Part shown: positions 19,203 to 28,630 of the stretch, in pieces
Numbering within the stretch: position 1 is the stretch's first letter
How the letters are laid out: every line of letters begins with the position of its first letter
Virus record (IMG/VR): IMGVR_UViG_3300017766_005395
Coordinates: 1-48,863 of that record
Direction: 5' to 3' (one strand)
DNA length: 48,863 nt
From: a virus
Lineage: Duplodnaviria > Caudoviricetes
Position numbers and translations under genes: made by a program
Notes under the pieces: model-generated
Told to the model about the DNA's origin: nothing
Database searches by the model: none
The model's input: only the letters and a program-made list of their open reading frames with translations

Positions 19203-19805
19203 GTGGCCCAGAGCGGATACACAGCAATAGTGGTTTACCACTCGGAAACGCCAGACGAGCTTCCGAACGTGGCGAACTTGGCTGTTGGTGAGTTGGCGAT
19301 CAACATCGCTGACGGCCTCATTTACACAAAAAACACAGCGGATGCGCTGGTGACGCTTGGCGGAGGCGGTGGCGGAGGCGGCACGATGGCTTCCCAAGAC
19401 GCTGACGCCGTGGCCATCACAGGCGGCGCCATCACCGGAACTTCCTTGAGCGGCCCCTCGGTCACGTCCACGGGACGAGTTTTGAGCGCCAAGCAAGCCC
19501 TCTCCATCATCACCAGCGAAGCCACTCTGGACCTCTCCACAGGCGACTCGTTCACCCTGACCGTCTCTGAAGCCGTGGACATCATCATCACTGGCGTGTC
19601 CGCCTCTGCAGCGCAGTTCTCTTATCTGGAACTCGTTAATCCGGGCGCATTCGCTATCACAATCGCTTCTGCTGCGACCGTAAAGTGGGTCGGGAGGGCG
19701 TTGCCAACTTGGACCGTCAGTGGAACAGACGGTGTGGTGATCATTGCCAATGACGGCAGCTCGGTCACGCTTGCCGCGTCGCTGAACATTGGGACGCCGA
19801 TATGA
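19203..19805 (+). CDS. tail fibre / fibre-attachment protein
   Basis: N-terminal P..ANLAVGELAINIADGLIYTK resembles Mtd-N/hyaluronidase-type fibre attachment domains; C-terminal VKWVG..P.W..SGTD domain. Confidence 0.6.
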   Translation: MAQSGYTAIVVYHSETPDELPNVANLAVGELAINIADGLIYTKNTADALVTLGGGGGGGGTMASQDADAVAITGGAITGTSLSGPSVTSTGRVLSAKQALSIITSEATLDLSTGDSFTLTVSEAVDIIITGVSASAAQFSYLELVNPGAFAITIASAATVKWVGRALPTWTVSGTDGVVIIANDGSSVTLAASLNIGTPI

Positions 19806-22015
19806 GCGGTGCCATTCTGGCCTTGCTGGGCGCGACGCCGGCTGCCGAGCCTCCTCTGGAGGATGGCGCTTTGTATTCGTGGGGATTCAGCAACACAGGC
19901 GAGCGCAAGCTCGGGGACAACGTGCAGACGCCGCGCTCTTCGCCTGTGCAGGTGGGCGTGGTGGCGACGTGGCTGCAGATTGCCGTTGGAGAGTACACGG
20001 TGTTGGCCACGCGGTCGGACGGCACGTTGTGGGCTTGGGGGAATAACACAAATGGCACAGCAGGAAAAGGAACGACCGGCACGGTCTACTCGCTCCCTTC
20101 ACAAGTTGGCGCTCTGACCAACTGGGACACCATTTCCGGGCAATACCGATTCGTTGTAGCCATCAAAAAAGACAATAGCCTTTGGACGTGGGGAAATAGC
20201 GACGCGGGACAAGGAGGGCGCGGAAGCACGGTGCAGACGTCCTCTCCAAATCAGGTGGGGGCGCTTTACGACTGGATGCAAGCCAGCGCGGGACTAACTG
20301 GTTGCATGGCAGTTCGCCTCGACGGAACTCTGTGGTCTTGGGGCGCAAATACGCTGGGCGTCCTCATGCTAGGCGCAACGGGGTCTGTTTCTTCGCCAAC
20401 GCAGGTCGGGCGAGACACAAATTGGTTCTCTGTCTCCGTTGGAGGAGAGCACTCGCTTGCCATTCGCACAGACGGAACTCTGTGGGCTGCGGGGAGAAAC
20501 GATTACGGCGAATTGGGAACCGGAAACCTCACCTCCAGATCGTCCCCCGTTCAAGTGGGACTGCTCACTGACTGGGTTCTTGCTGTTGCAGCGTACAACT
20601 TTTCGTTGGCGATCAAAGCCGACGGCACCCTTTGGGCGTGGGGGCGTAACGGCCTTGGCCAGTTGGCGCAAGGGAACACCACGAACCGTTCATCCCCCGT
20701 GCAAATTGGCACCGGAACCGACTGGCGCTGGATTACAGCCAATCTTGGCACAGAGTTCACCAGTTCCTCTGCAATTCACGCGATCAAAGCCGACGGCACC
20801 CTTTGGGCGTGGGGGTCTGGTTTGTCTGGACAAGGCGGCACCGGCAACACAACCACCTACTCGTCCCCCGTCCAGGTTGGCGCCCAGACCGACTGGACCA
20901 TGGCTTCTAGGGGCGGCGGCCTTTTGTCCGCAGCAGGAGGGCAAACGGCATTCGGCTTGCGCAATGCCGACGGCGGGCCTCCTCCTTTGCCGGATCCAGC
21001 CAGCGCCGGCTATGACCTCTTTGTGGCGGGCAACAATAACAATTTTGCGTTGGCGTATCCCGCTGCTTACAACATAACAGCGCCGCTGTACATCGCGGCA
21101 GGGCAGCGCTGGCGTTCAGTGATTTCTCTGAAAGACAACAACTCCTACGGAATCCGGGGAGACGGGAAAGCATACGCCTGCGGCATTGCGAACGGAGGCT
21201 ACAGAGGAGCGACAATAACTTCGATCGCAGCAAACCCAAATCTACTCGTCACCACCGGAGCCACGGGGGCGAGCATGGTGGTTCCTGGCGCCTTGATCAG
21301 CGGAGGGCGCCTGTGGTGTTGGGGAAGCAACGCATTCGGCCAAGTTGGCGACTCAACAACAACGCCCCGGTCTTCTCCCGTGCAGATTGGCGCGCTGACC
21401 ACTTGGGCTTCGGTCTCGTCCAACGGCATTTCCACATATGCGATCAAGGATGATGGAACGCTGTGGTCGTGGGGCGGAAACGGCAACGGACAACTGGGGA
21501 ATGGCAACACGACCCCGAGGTCGTCTCCTGTTCAGGTCGGGGCGCTCACCAATTGGCTGCAGGTGTTCATCGGATCAGACACGACGGACAACACCGTGAT
21601 GGCCGTGAAAACAGACGGCACTCTCTGGGGATGGGGAAGCAACGTCAACGGTCGAATCGGAGACGGGACGACCACCTCGCGCTCTTCTCCGGTTCAGGCT
21701 GGAGCCGCGACAACGTGGCGAGAGGCAACTCTTGGCTACGCAATCCGCACCACTGGCGCTGTCTACCAACTTGCAACAACGCACGTCCTGCTTTCAGGCA
21801 CTTGGGTGGATGTGTCCTCCAGCGGCCAGCACCATGCGTTGGTCAACGCGGCCGGCGAGTTTTACACGTGGGGCTTGAACGACAGAGGTCAGTTGGGCCT
21901 CGGAGACCTGACAGACAGAGCGTCGCCGACGCTGGTCTCTTCGATTCCGCGTCTAGGCAAAGCCATCTCCTGTTCTGAAGGAACCACAGTCTTCATGGTG
22001 AAGTCGAGCGTATGA
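19802..22015 (+). CDS. RCC1/BLIP-II repeat protein (probably two beta-propellers)
   Basis: Many repeats of AIK.DGTLWAWG.N..GQLG.G.TT.RSSPVQVG..T.W, in two groups separated by a Pro linker (GGPPPLPDP). Confidence 0.9.
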   Translation: MSGAILALLGATPAAEPPLEDGALYSWGFSNTGERKLGDNVQTPRSSPVQVGVVATWLQIAVGEYTVLATRSDGTLWAWGNNTNGTAGKGTTGTVYSLPSQVGALTNWDTISGQYRFVVAIKKDNSLWTWGNSDAGQGGRGSTVQTSSPNQVGALYDWMQASAGLTGCMAVRLDGTLWSWGANTLGVLMLGATGSVSSPTQVGRDTNWFSVSVGGEHSLAIRTDGTLWAAGRNDYGELGTGNLTSRSSPVQVGLLTDWVLAVAAYNFSLAIKADGTLWAWGRNGLGQLAQGNTTNRSSPVQIGTGTDWRWITANLGTEFTSSSAIHAIKADGTLWAWGSGLSGQGGTGNTTTYSSPVQVGAQTDWTMASRGGGLLSAAGGQTAFGLRNADGGPPPLPDPASAGYDLFVAGNNNNFALAYPAAYNITAPLYIAAGQRWRSVISLKDNNSYGIRGDGKAYACGIANGGYRGATITSIAANPNLLVTTGATGASMVVPGALISGGRLWCWGSNAFGQVGDSTTTPRSSPVQIGALTTWASVSSNGISTYAIKDDGTLWSWGGNGNGQLGNGNTTPRSSPVQVGALTNWLQVFIGSDTTDNTVMAVKTDGTLWGWGSNVNGRIGDGTTTSRSSPVQAGAATTWREATLGYAIRTTGAVYQLATTHVLLSGTWVDVSSSGQHHALVNAAGEFYTWGLNDRGQLGLGDLTDRASPTLVSSIPRLGKAISCSEGTTVFMVKSSV
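20609..20815 (+). repeat. 36-bp exact direct repeat within the RCC1 gene (20609-20644 and 20780-20815)
   Basis: GCGATCAAAGCCGACGGCACCCTTTGGGCGTGGGGG occurs twice. Confidence 0.85.
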
Positions 22016-23175
22016 ACAGACAAGGACAACTCCTCGAGACCGCACTGAAGCACTCCAAGGCGGGCCGATTCGACTCTGCCGAACGACTGCTCCGCTCGTT
22101 GCCGGACGACTGCCTCCCGGCTCAGTACAACCTTGGTTGGTACGACCTGATGCACGGCCAGTTTCAAAAGGGATTCGAGGGACTGAACAAGGGGCGCTTC
22201 ATCGATGTGTTTGGGTCCAAGCCGATTCCCGGTCGAATCTGGCGTGACGAAGGGCTGATCGGGAAGACCGTTTTGCTCAGGATGGAAGGCGGCCTCGGAG
22301 ACGAGATCATCAACTTCAGATTCGCTCGCGACTTTCAGAGAAGGGGCGCCGTCGTCGTGATCTGCTGCTCTGGTTGCCTCGCGCCAATCTTCGCTGCAGA
22401 GGGGTTCGCTTGCGTTACTGAGCCGGCAATTCCCTACGTGCAGTATGACTACTGGATTCCAGCGATGTCAGCGGCCTACGTTCTGGGCTATGACTACCAA
22501 ACTCTGCCAGGAAAGCCTTACCTGGAGCTGAACAACCACGTGAAATTCGCCAGCGCATATTGGCGCGACGTGGTTCGGCCGGGAGTCAAGAACGACGGAA
22601 GATTGCGAGTTGGTCTGCGATGGGGCGGCAACAACGCCAACCAGGACGTAGAGCCGCAGCGCAAGGTGCAGGCCAGCGCGATGATTGGCCTGGCCAATGC
22701 CATTGACGCTGACTTCTTCAGTTTCCAGCGCGATGAAGACCTGATTGATGTCCCGTTCACTGACCTGCGAGACGAGCTCAAGGACTGGAACGAAACTCGC
22801 GCGTGGCTGTCCTCGATGGACTTGCTGATCACCTCATGCACGTCGGTCGCGCACATGGCGGCCGCGATGGGGATTCCGACGTGGATCCTCGTGCCGATTT
22901 TGCCTTATTACACTTGGGCAATTCCAGGGAGCGCGAGTGCTTGGCACGACAGCGCAACCCTTTTCCGGCAAATCAAGCCGGGGTGCTGGGCGGAACCGCT
23001 CGGCAGGATCGCCAGCGAGCTAGCGCATTTCGCAAATCAACATTCACAAGGAGTGGCCAGTGGACCAGAAACAACAAGAATTGGAGCAGCAATTGAACAA
23101 ACAGCAGATGGACCAGCTCGAAGAGATCGTGCAAAGAGCGGTGAAGCAGGCGTTCCGCGAAGTCGGGTTGCATGA
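22012..23175 (+). CDS. TPR-containing GT-B glycosyltransferase (GT9-like C-terminus)
   Basis: TPR-like N-terminus, GKTVLLRMEGGLGDEI..RF, RVGLRWGGN and DLLITSCTSVAHMAAAMGIPTW...FRQ..PG.W. Confidence 0.8.
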   Translation: MNRQGQLLETALKHSKAGRFDSAERLLRSLPDDCLPAQYNLGWYDLMHGQFQKGFEGLNKGRFIDVFGSKPIPGRIWRDEGLIGKTVLLRMEGGLGDEIINFRFARDFQRRGAVVVICCSGCLAPIFAAEGFACVTEPAIPYVQYDYWIPAMSAAYVLGYDYQTLPGKPYLELNNHVKFASAYWRDVVRPGVKNDGRLRVGLRWGGNNANQDVEPQRKVQASAMIGLANAIDADFFSFQRDEDLIDVPFTDLRDELKDWNETRAWLSSMDLLITSCTSVAHMAAAMGIPTWILVPILPYYTWAIPGSASAWHDSATLFRQIKPGCWAEPLGRIASELAHFANQHSQGVASGPETTRIGAAIEQTADGPARRDRAKSGEAGVPRSRVA

Positions 23176-23338
23176 CGACAGCGCCGGCAAGGACGTCACC
23201 GAGCTGCGCTCGCTGCTGACCTCTTGGCGCGACTTCAAGGGCACCGTGTTCAAGACCCTGACCACCGCAGGCACGTTTTTCGTGCTCGGGTTGCTCTCGC
23301 TCGGCGCTTGGACTCGGATCAACGGAGGCGGCGAGTGA
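23060..23338 (+). CDS. putative holin / membrane protein
   Basis: AAGGAG RBS, GTG start; one C-terminal hydrophobic helix (TFFVLGLLSLGAW); upstream of the endolysin. Confidence 0.55.
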   Translation: MDQKQQELEQQLNKQQMDQLEEIVQRAVKQAFREVGLHDDSAGKDVTELRSLLTSWRDFKGTVFKTLTTAGTFFVLGLLSLGAWTRINGGGE

Positions 23339-23850
23339 ACGCAGACATCTTTCACAAAGTGGTCGTGCCAGCCTGCATGCGGCTGTTCCCCGAGCACTAC
23401 AACACGCCGGAAGCCCGCGCGCAGATCCTGACGATTGGGCTGCAAGAGTCTCGATTCGAAGCTCGCCAACAGCTGGTCGGCGGAGTGAAAGATTGGTGGA
23501 AGTCGGTAAACGCGCCGGCCAACGGATTCATGCAGTTCGAGCTGATCGGAGTGAGAGAGGTTTTGTTCAATCGCGTCACGGCGAAGAGCGCCGAGCGCGT
23601 TTGCGCCATGTTCAGTTACCCGCCTGACCCCGTGGTGATCCACAAAGCGCTCGTGCACAACGACGTCCTCAGCGCCGCGTTTGCGCGGCTGGCCCTTTGG
23701 CGGGTGCGCGAGCCGCTCCCCAGAGCGGGGGATCCGGACGAGGCTTGGCGCCAATACATCCAGATCTGGGCTCCGGGCAAGCCGAGGCCAGAAAAGTGGG
23801 AAGCGAACTACGTGCAGGCGTGGAAGGTGGTGCTCAGTGCAGACAATTGA
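23335..23850 (+). CDS. endolysin (lysozyme-like fold)
   Basis: ILTIGLQESRF..RQQ...PANGFMQFE pattern with candidate catalytic Glu; GTGA overlap with the holin. Confidence 0.7.
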   Translation: MNADIFHKVVVPACMRLFPEHYNTPEARAQILTIGLQESRFEARQQLVGGVKDWWKSVNAPANGFMQFELIGVREVLFNRVTAKSAERVCAMFSYPPDPVVIHKALVHNDVLSAAFARLALWRVREPLPRAGDPDEAWRQYIQIWAPGKPRPEKWEANYVQAWKVVLSADN

Positions 23851-24247
23851 ATACACGCGAGTGACCTACAAATACCAGCTGCGCAAAACGCTCGTGCACG
23901 AGCTCACGACGCCAATTCTGACGGCGGGCATTTCTGTCGGGAATGACTTCGTTCAGCTCCAGGACGGCGTTCTGACCATCAAGTGCGGTTACGCTTGGGA
24001 CGGCGCGAGCGGCCCGACCATCGACACGCAGAGCACGATGATGGCCTCGCTGATCCACGACGCCGGTTATCAGCTGATGCGGGAGGGCTGGTTGCATTGG
24101 CGTTACAAAGAGCTCTTTGATGAGGAGCTGAAGCAAGTCATGCTGCAAAAAGGCGCGCTGCCATTGCGAGCAGGCTATTACAAGGCGGCCGTGGCCCGTT
24201 ACGGCCACGCAGCGATGGCTCACGAACCAAAGGTGCTCACAGCATGA
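23837..24247 (+). CDS. DUF1353-like protein
   Basis: IKCGYAWDGASGP...MASLIHDAGYQ...D motif; GTG start at 23837. Confidence 0.7.
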   Translation: MQTIEYTRVTYKYQLRKTLVHELTTPILTAGISVGNDFVQLQDGVLTIKCGYAWDGASGPTIDTQSTMMASLIHDAGYQLMREGWLHWRYKELFDEELKQVMLQKGALPLRAGYYKAAVARYGHAAMAHEPKVLTA

Positions 24248-24504
24248 GGATTGCACTTGCCATTTTGTTGCTGATCACGTTCAATGGATGCGCGGCATAC
24301 TCGCTCACCGTGACTCTCGCCGACGGCACCACGGTGCGAGGGCGCGCTCTGGTGGCCAATGAAAGCTCGGATGTGGCGCTGGAGGTGAAGAGCGGAGCGT
24401 TGGACGCGTCATTCCGCAAGATCAACACCGACTCTGGCGCGCCGCTCGAAGCAATAACCGACATTGCCGGCGCGGCCCTGAACCCGACGCCTCTGGAGTT
24501 CTGA
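24244..24504 (+). CDS. lipoprotein (possible spanin component)
   Basis: Signal peptide and lipobox-like MRIALAILLLITFNG-C; at the end of the lysis cassette. Confidence 0.55.
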   Translation: MRIALAILLLITFNGCAAYSLTVTLADGTTVRGRALVANESSDVALEVKSGALDASFRKINTDSGAPLEAITDIAGAALNPTPLEF

Positions 24505-25149
24505 ATGGCTTATGTCATGACATACACAACTCTGCTGGAAGACTTGCGCCGGTACTTGGAGCGCGGGTTCACGGAGGAGTCGGACCCGTTGGTGTTCGAG
24601 CAGCTGCCGCGTCTCATCACTATGGCGGAACGGCGCTGCGCCACGGAGTTGCGAATTCAAGGATTCTTGAGCGCGGTCTCCACGTCAACGGTCGCTGGCC
24701 AGTCAGTTTATGTCAAGCCCGACCGCTGGCGCGAAACGGTCTCGATGACCTTGGGCGGGGTGCCGCTGAGCACCCGCTCGTACGAGTACTTGCGCGGCTA
24801 CTGGCCAGTCCTAGCGATTCTTGCCGACACCGACAATCCCGTGCAGTTTTATGCTGACTACGACTACTCGCATTGGCTGGTGACGCCGACGCCGGCCGCC
24901 GCGCAGGCTCTGGAGATCGTTTACTACCAACAGGTGCCGCTGCTGGACGAAAGCAATCAGAGCAACTGGCTCACGACTTTTGCTCCGAACGTGCTGCTTT
25001 ATGCCGCGTTGTTGGAAGCCACCCCCTACCTGAAGAACGACGCCCGAGTGCAGCTGTGGCAGGGAATTTATGACCGCGCGGCACAGGCAATCTCAGGACA
25101 AGATCTGCAAAAAATTCTAGACCGCGCTGCGGTGAGGAGTGAAGCATGA
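24505..25149 (+). CDS. tail/adaptor (connector) protein
   Basis: MTYTTL..D...YLER...I.MAERR, SNWLT..APNVLLYAALLEA.PYLKND.R...W pattern of podovirus adaptor-type proteins. Confidence 0.7.
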   Translation: MAYVMTYTTLLEDLRRYLERGFTEESDPLVFEQLPRLITMAERRCATELRIQGFLSAVSTSTVAGQSVYVKPDRWRETVSMTLGGVPLSTRSYEYLRGYWPVLAILADTDNPVQFYADYDYSHWLVTPTPAAAQALEIVYYQQVPLLDESNQSNWLTTFAPNVLLYAALLEATPYLKNDARVQLWQGIYDRAAQAISGQDLQKILDRAAVRSEA

Positions 25150-26804
25150 CGAGTTATCAGGCTGTCTTTGGCGGCACGACCATCGAGCCCTCGGACCTGT
25201 CGTATCGCGCGATCACCGTCGACGCCGACAATTACGTCCTGAGCTGGCCGACGGAAACGTCGTTGCAACTGAGCCTCGTTGCCTCGATCATGGACGTTAC
25301 AGCGCCGGACCCGGACTTGTTCTTGCAGATGCCCGACGCCACTGCAGTGTCCACGGGGACGGCGGTGCTGTTCAACAATGTTGGCGCAGAAGAGTTCGCT
25401 GTGCGCAACGCAGCCGGAGTCGAGATCGTCAGCATCGCGCCGGGAGAGTTGTGGCAGGCTTATCTGCGCAACAATGCCACGGAAGCAGGAGTCTGGGCCG
25501 CCTATCAATTCGGAGCAGCGACCTCCACGGCAGACGCCGCGTCATTGGCCGGCGGAGGGCTGGCAGCGATCGGGTCGTTGCTTTGGCAGTCGGCGCCGAT
25601 GACCAACTTGATGGTTGACTACACAACCGGACCGGAGGATCGCGCGGCAACGCTCAATTGGGTTGCCACGGGAGCGGGCGAGCTCACTCTGCCAGACCCC
25701 TCCACCCTTGGGAACGATTGGTTCGTCGGAGTGCGCAACTCAGGCGGCGGCGACTTCATCGTCACTCCGGCCGCTGGCAACATCAACGCGCTGATCGAAC
25801 TCGCATTCCAACCGGGCGACTCGGCCTTCATCTTGACCGACGGCACCGACTTTTACACCCTTGGCCTCGGTCAGTCCGCCATCTTCTCTTCCGATTACAC
25901 CGTGATCGATCTGGCAGGGACTGGCACTTATGTGCTATCCTCGTCTGAGCTGAATCGTATAATCTACAAGTTCACCGGCATTCTGACCGGCAACCGCATC
26001 GTCGAGGTTCCAGAGACGGTCCAGCAATACTGGGTCGACAACGGCACGACTGGCGCGTTCACTCTGCAGATCATCATGACCGGCGGTGGTGGCGTGACAA
26101 TCGCGCAGGGGGAGCGGGCCATCCTTTACTGCGACGGAGCCAATGTCGTGGACGCGGACACGGCTTCCGTTTCGCTCCCGATCGCGATCGCGCAAGGCGG
26201 CACCGGAGCGACAACATCCAGCGCGGCTCGAACCAACTTGGGAGCGACAGCAACAGGCAACGCCCTCTTCACCGCTGCGGACGCTGCTGCAGGCCGAACC
26301 GCTTTGGGAGCGACGGTGACGGGGGCTGCGGTCTTCACCGCTGCGGACGCTGCTGCAGGCCGAACCGCTTTGGGAGCTACTTCGGTAGGCAGTGCGGTGT
26401 TCGTTGCCGTGGACGCCCCGGCTGCCAGAACAGCGCTGGGAGCTACTTCGGTAGGCAGTGCGGTCTTCACCGCTGCGGACGCTGCTGCAGGCCGAACCGC
26501 TTTGGGAGCGACGGTGACGGGGGCTGCGGTCTTCACCGCTGCGGACGCCCCGGCTGCCAGAACAGCGCTGGGAGCTACTTCGGTAGGCGGTGCGGTGTTC
26601 ACCGCTGCGGACGCTGCTGCAGGCCAAACCGCTTTGGGAGCTACTTCGGTAGGCAGCAATGTATTCACCGCTGCCGACGCGCCTGCGGCTCGCACTGCGC
26701 TGGGCGCCACCACAATCGGAAACGCGGTCTTCACAGCCGCCGACTCAGCTGCTGCTTACACCGCTCTGGGTGCTCCGCCAACAATCTCCGGAGGCGAATT
26801 CTGA
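25146..26804 (+). CDS. tail fibre/needle-like protein with 22-aa C-terminal repeats
   Basis: GILTGNRIVEVP, IAIAQGGTGATTSSAARTNLG fibre motif and eight LGAT..G.AVFTAADA.A.RTA repeats. Confidence 0.7.
   Translation: MTSYQAVFGGTTIEPSDLSYRAITVDADNYVLSWPTETSLQLSLVASIMDVTAPDPDLFLQMPDATAVSTGTAVLFNNVGAEEFAVRNAAGVEIVSIAPGELWQAYLRNNATEAGVWAAYQFGAATSTADAASLAGGGLAAIGSLLWQSAPMTNLMVDYTTGPEDRAATLNWVATGAGELTLPDPSTLGNDWFVGVRNSGGGDFIVTPAAGNINALIELAFQPGDSAFILTDGTDFYTLGLGQSAIFSSDYTVIDLAGTGTYVLSSSELNRIIYKFTGILTGNRIVEVPETVQQYWVDNGTTGAFTLQIIMTGGGGVTIAQGERAILYCDGANVVDADTASVSLPIAIAQGGTGATTSSAARTNLGATATGNALFTAADAAAGRTALGATVTGAAVFTAADAAAGRTALGATSVGSAVFVAVDAPAARTALGATSVGSAVFTAADAAAGRTALGATVTGAAVFTAADAPAARTALGATSVGGAVFTAADAAAGQTALGATSVGSNVFTAADAPAARTALGATTIGNAVFTAADSAAAYTALGAPPTISGGEF
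26238..26765 (+). repeat. 66-bp tandem repeat x8
   Basis: Unit encodes LGAT[VS][TV]G[AS]AVFTAADA[AP]A[GA]RTA; near-identical DNA between copies. Confidence 0.9.
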
Positions 26805-28630
26805 TGCCGACGATGGTATTGCGGTCCCAGCCGGGAATCAAGCGCGACGGCACCGTCTTCGAAGGCGAGTTCTACACCGACGGCCAGTGGGTGCGGTTCC
26901 AGAGGGGATTGCCACGCAAGATCGCCGGGTACCGAACGATCAACAAGTTTCTCGCCGAGGCCTCGCGCGGGTTCACGACATTCACGCAAGGCTCGCTGAC
27001 CTATTGCCACTCCGGCTCAGCGAGCTTTTTGGAGCGCTTCACCGTTGACGCAAACGGCAACAGCTCCCTGATGACCGACCGCACGCCCGGCGCGTTCGCG
27101 ACCGGCTCCGTAACGCTAGACACAGGAGCCTCCGGGTCCGTGACAGGGATAACGGTCAACGGGGTGCAAGTGATGTCCGGCGCCGAAACATTCGACACCG
27201 ACTTGGCCACCACAGCAGAGAACGTCGCGGCCAACATCACGGCGTTCGCTTCAACGCCGAACTACACGGCGGTCGCCGTTGGCACGGAGATCGTGATCTC
27301 TGCCGAGACAGAAAGCACGGTTCCCAATGGATACGCAGTTGTCAGCTCTGCAACGACGATCACCACCACAGACGTGAATATGAGCGGCGGCGTCGAAGGG
27401 CTCGTGCCGAACGCAGACCACACTTGGATGTTCGATTACCAGTACGCCCCTTCAGACGCCGAAAATTACTTGATTGCCGCGCTGTCCAGAAATGGAGCAG
27501 AATTAGGCAACGATCAAGGCGGCCGCATTTTCTACGGCGGCGCTCTGGCTACCAGCGTTATGGTGGAAATTCCGCTCCCGGCAGGAATGAACGCGACCGG
27601 CGGGATAGTAGTGCTGCACCCGTACTTGTTTTACTTCGGTACAGATGGCCTGATTGGCTGGTCTGTCGCCGGGGCTCCAGGCGACTTGACAAGCGCTGGC
27701 TCAGGCCAAGCTCGCGTCTGGAGTCAAAAAATCATCAAAGGCCTCCCATTGCGAGGCGGCTCCGGCAACGCTCCTGCCGGAATTTTCTGGGCATATGATG
27801 CTGTGATCCGCTCTTCCTTTGTGGGCGGCGCGCCTGTGTTCCAGTTTGACGTGTTGGCTACCGGCACCTCCATCATGTCAGCGAATTGCGTGATAGACTA
27901 TGACGGCATTTTTTACTGGGTCGGGGTGGATCGGTTCATGATCTTCAACGGGGTTGTGCGCGAGTTGCCCAACACCATGAACCTGAATTGGTTCCTGGAC
28001 GGATTGCGAATAGCGAATCGCCCGAAGGTGTTCGCGTTCAAGGTGCCGCGCTACGGCGAGATCTGGTGGTGTTACCCACGCGGCGACGAGACCGAGTGCT
28101 CGCACGCAGTGATCTACAACGTGCGCGAGAACACTTGGTACGACACCGAGCTCCCGCGCGACGGGCGCACCGCTGGCGAGTTCGCCAACGTGTACGCGGC
28201 GCCGATCCTGACCGGCGGGACGCAAACCGAGACCGGCTTTGACGTTTGGATTCACGAGCGAGGAGTGAACGCGATCGACGGCACCTCCCAAAGTCCGATC
28301 CGCTCATACTTCGAGACAGCCGATCTGAGCTCGATCGCCAACGGCAAAGACAGCGCGCTGCGCATAACAGCGATCGAGCCCGACTTCGTGCAGAGCGGGC
28401 CGATGACGGTGCAGGTGAGCGGCCGCGCCAATGCGAGAGCGCCGGAGGTGGTCAGCACGGCGGTCAGCTTCCCGCAAACGGCGACCCAGCCATTCGAGCA
28501 GGTTGTGATGATGAAAGAACAACGCAGGGAATTGAGAGTGCGCTTCACGTCAGATGTGGTCAATGGCGATTACCAAGCCGGCCAGATCATCGCGCACATC
28601 GACTCCGGCGACGAGCGGGTCCTGTCGTGA
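26804..28630 (+). CDS. tail nozzle / packaged-DNA stabilisation protein (P22 gp10-like, beta-propeller)
   Basis: PGIKRDGT...DGQWVRFQRGLPRKI.G start, YWVGVDRFMIFNG.V.ELP, GEIWWCYP...C...VIYN..E..W; precedes the ejection genes. Confidence 0.65.
   Translation: MPTMVLRSQPGIKRDGTVFEGEFYTDGQWVRFQRGLPRKIAGYRTINKFLAEASRGFTTFTQGSLTYCHSGSASFLERFTVDANGNSSLMTDRTPGAFATGSVTLDTGASGSVTGITVNGVQVMSGAETFDTDLATTAENVAANITAFASTPNYTAVAVGTEIVISAETESTVPNGYAVVSSATTITTTDVNMSGGVEGLVPNADHTWMFDYQYAPSDAENYLIAALSRNGAELGNDQGGRIFYGGALATSVMVEIPLPAGMNATGGIVVLHPYLFYFGTDGLIGWSVAGAPGDLTSAGSGQARVWSQKIIKGLPLRGGSGNAPAGIFWAYDAVIRSSFVGGAPVFQFDVLATGTSIMSANCVIDYDGIFYWVGVDRFMIFNGVVRELPNTMNLNWFLDGLRIANRPKVFAFKVPRYGEIWWCYPRGDETECSHAVIYNVRENTWYDTELPRDGRTAGEFANVYAAPILTGGTQTETGFDVWIHERGVNAIDGTSQSPIRSYFETADLSSIANGKDSALRITAIEPDFVQSGPMTVQVSGRANARAPEVVSTAVSFPQTATQPFEQVVMMKEQRRELRVRFTSDVVNGDYQAGQIIAHIDSGDERVLS

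Noticed and set aside
19203-22015. Possible diversity-generating retroelement (Mtd-N-like fibre, repeated DNA in the RCC1 gene)
   Set aside because: No reverse transcriptase and no TR/VR pair with adenine-specific mismatches in the window; the 36-bp repeat is explained by propeller blade duplication.
26238-26765. Regularly spaced repeats resembling a CRISPR array
   Set aside because: In-frame coding repeats with no unique spacers and no cas genes.
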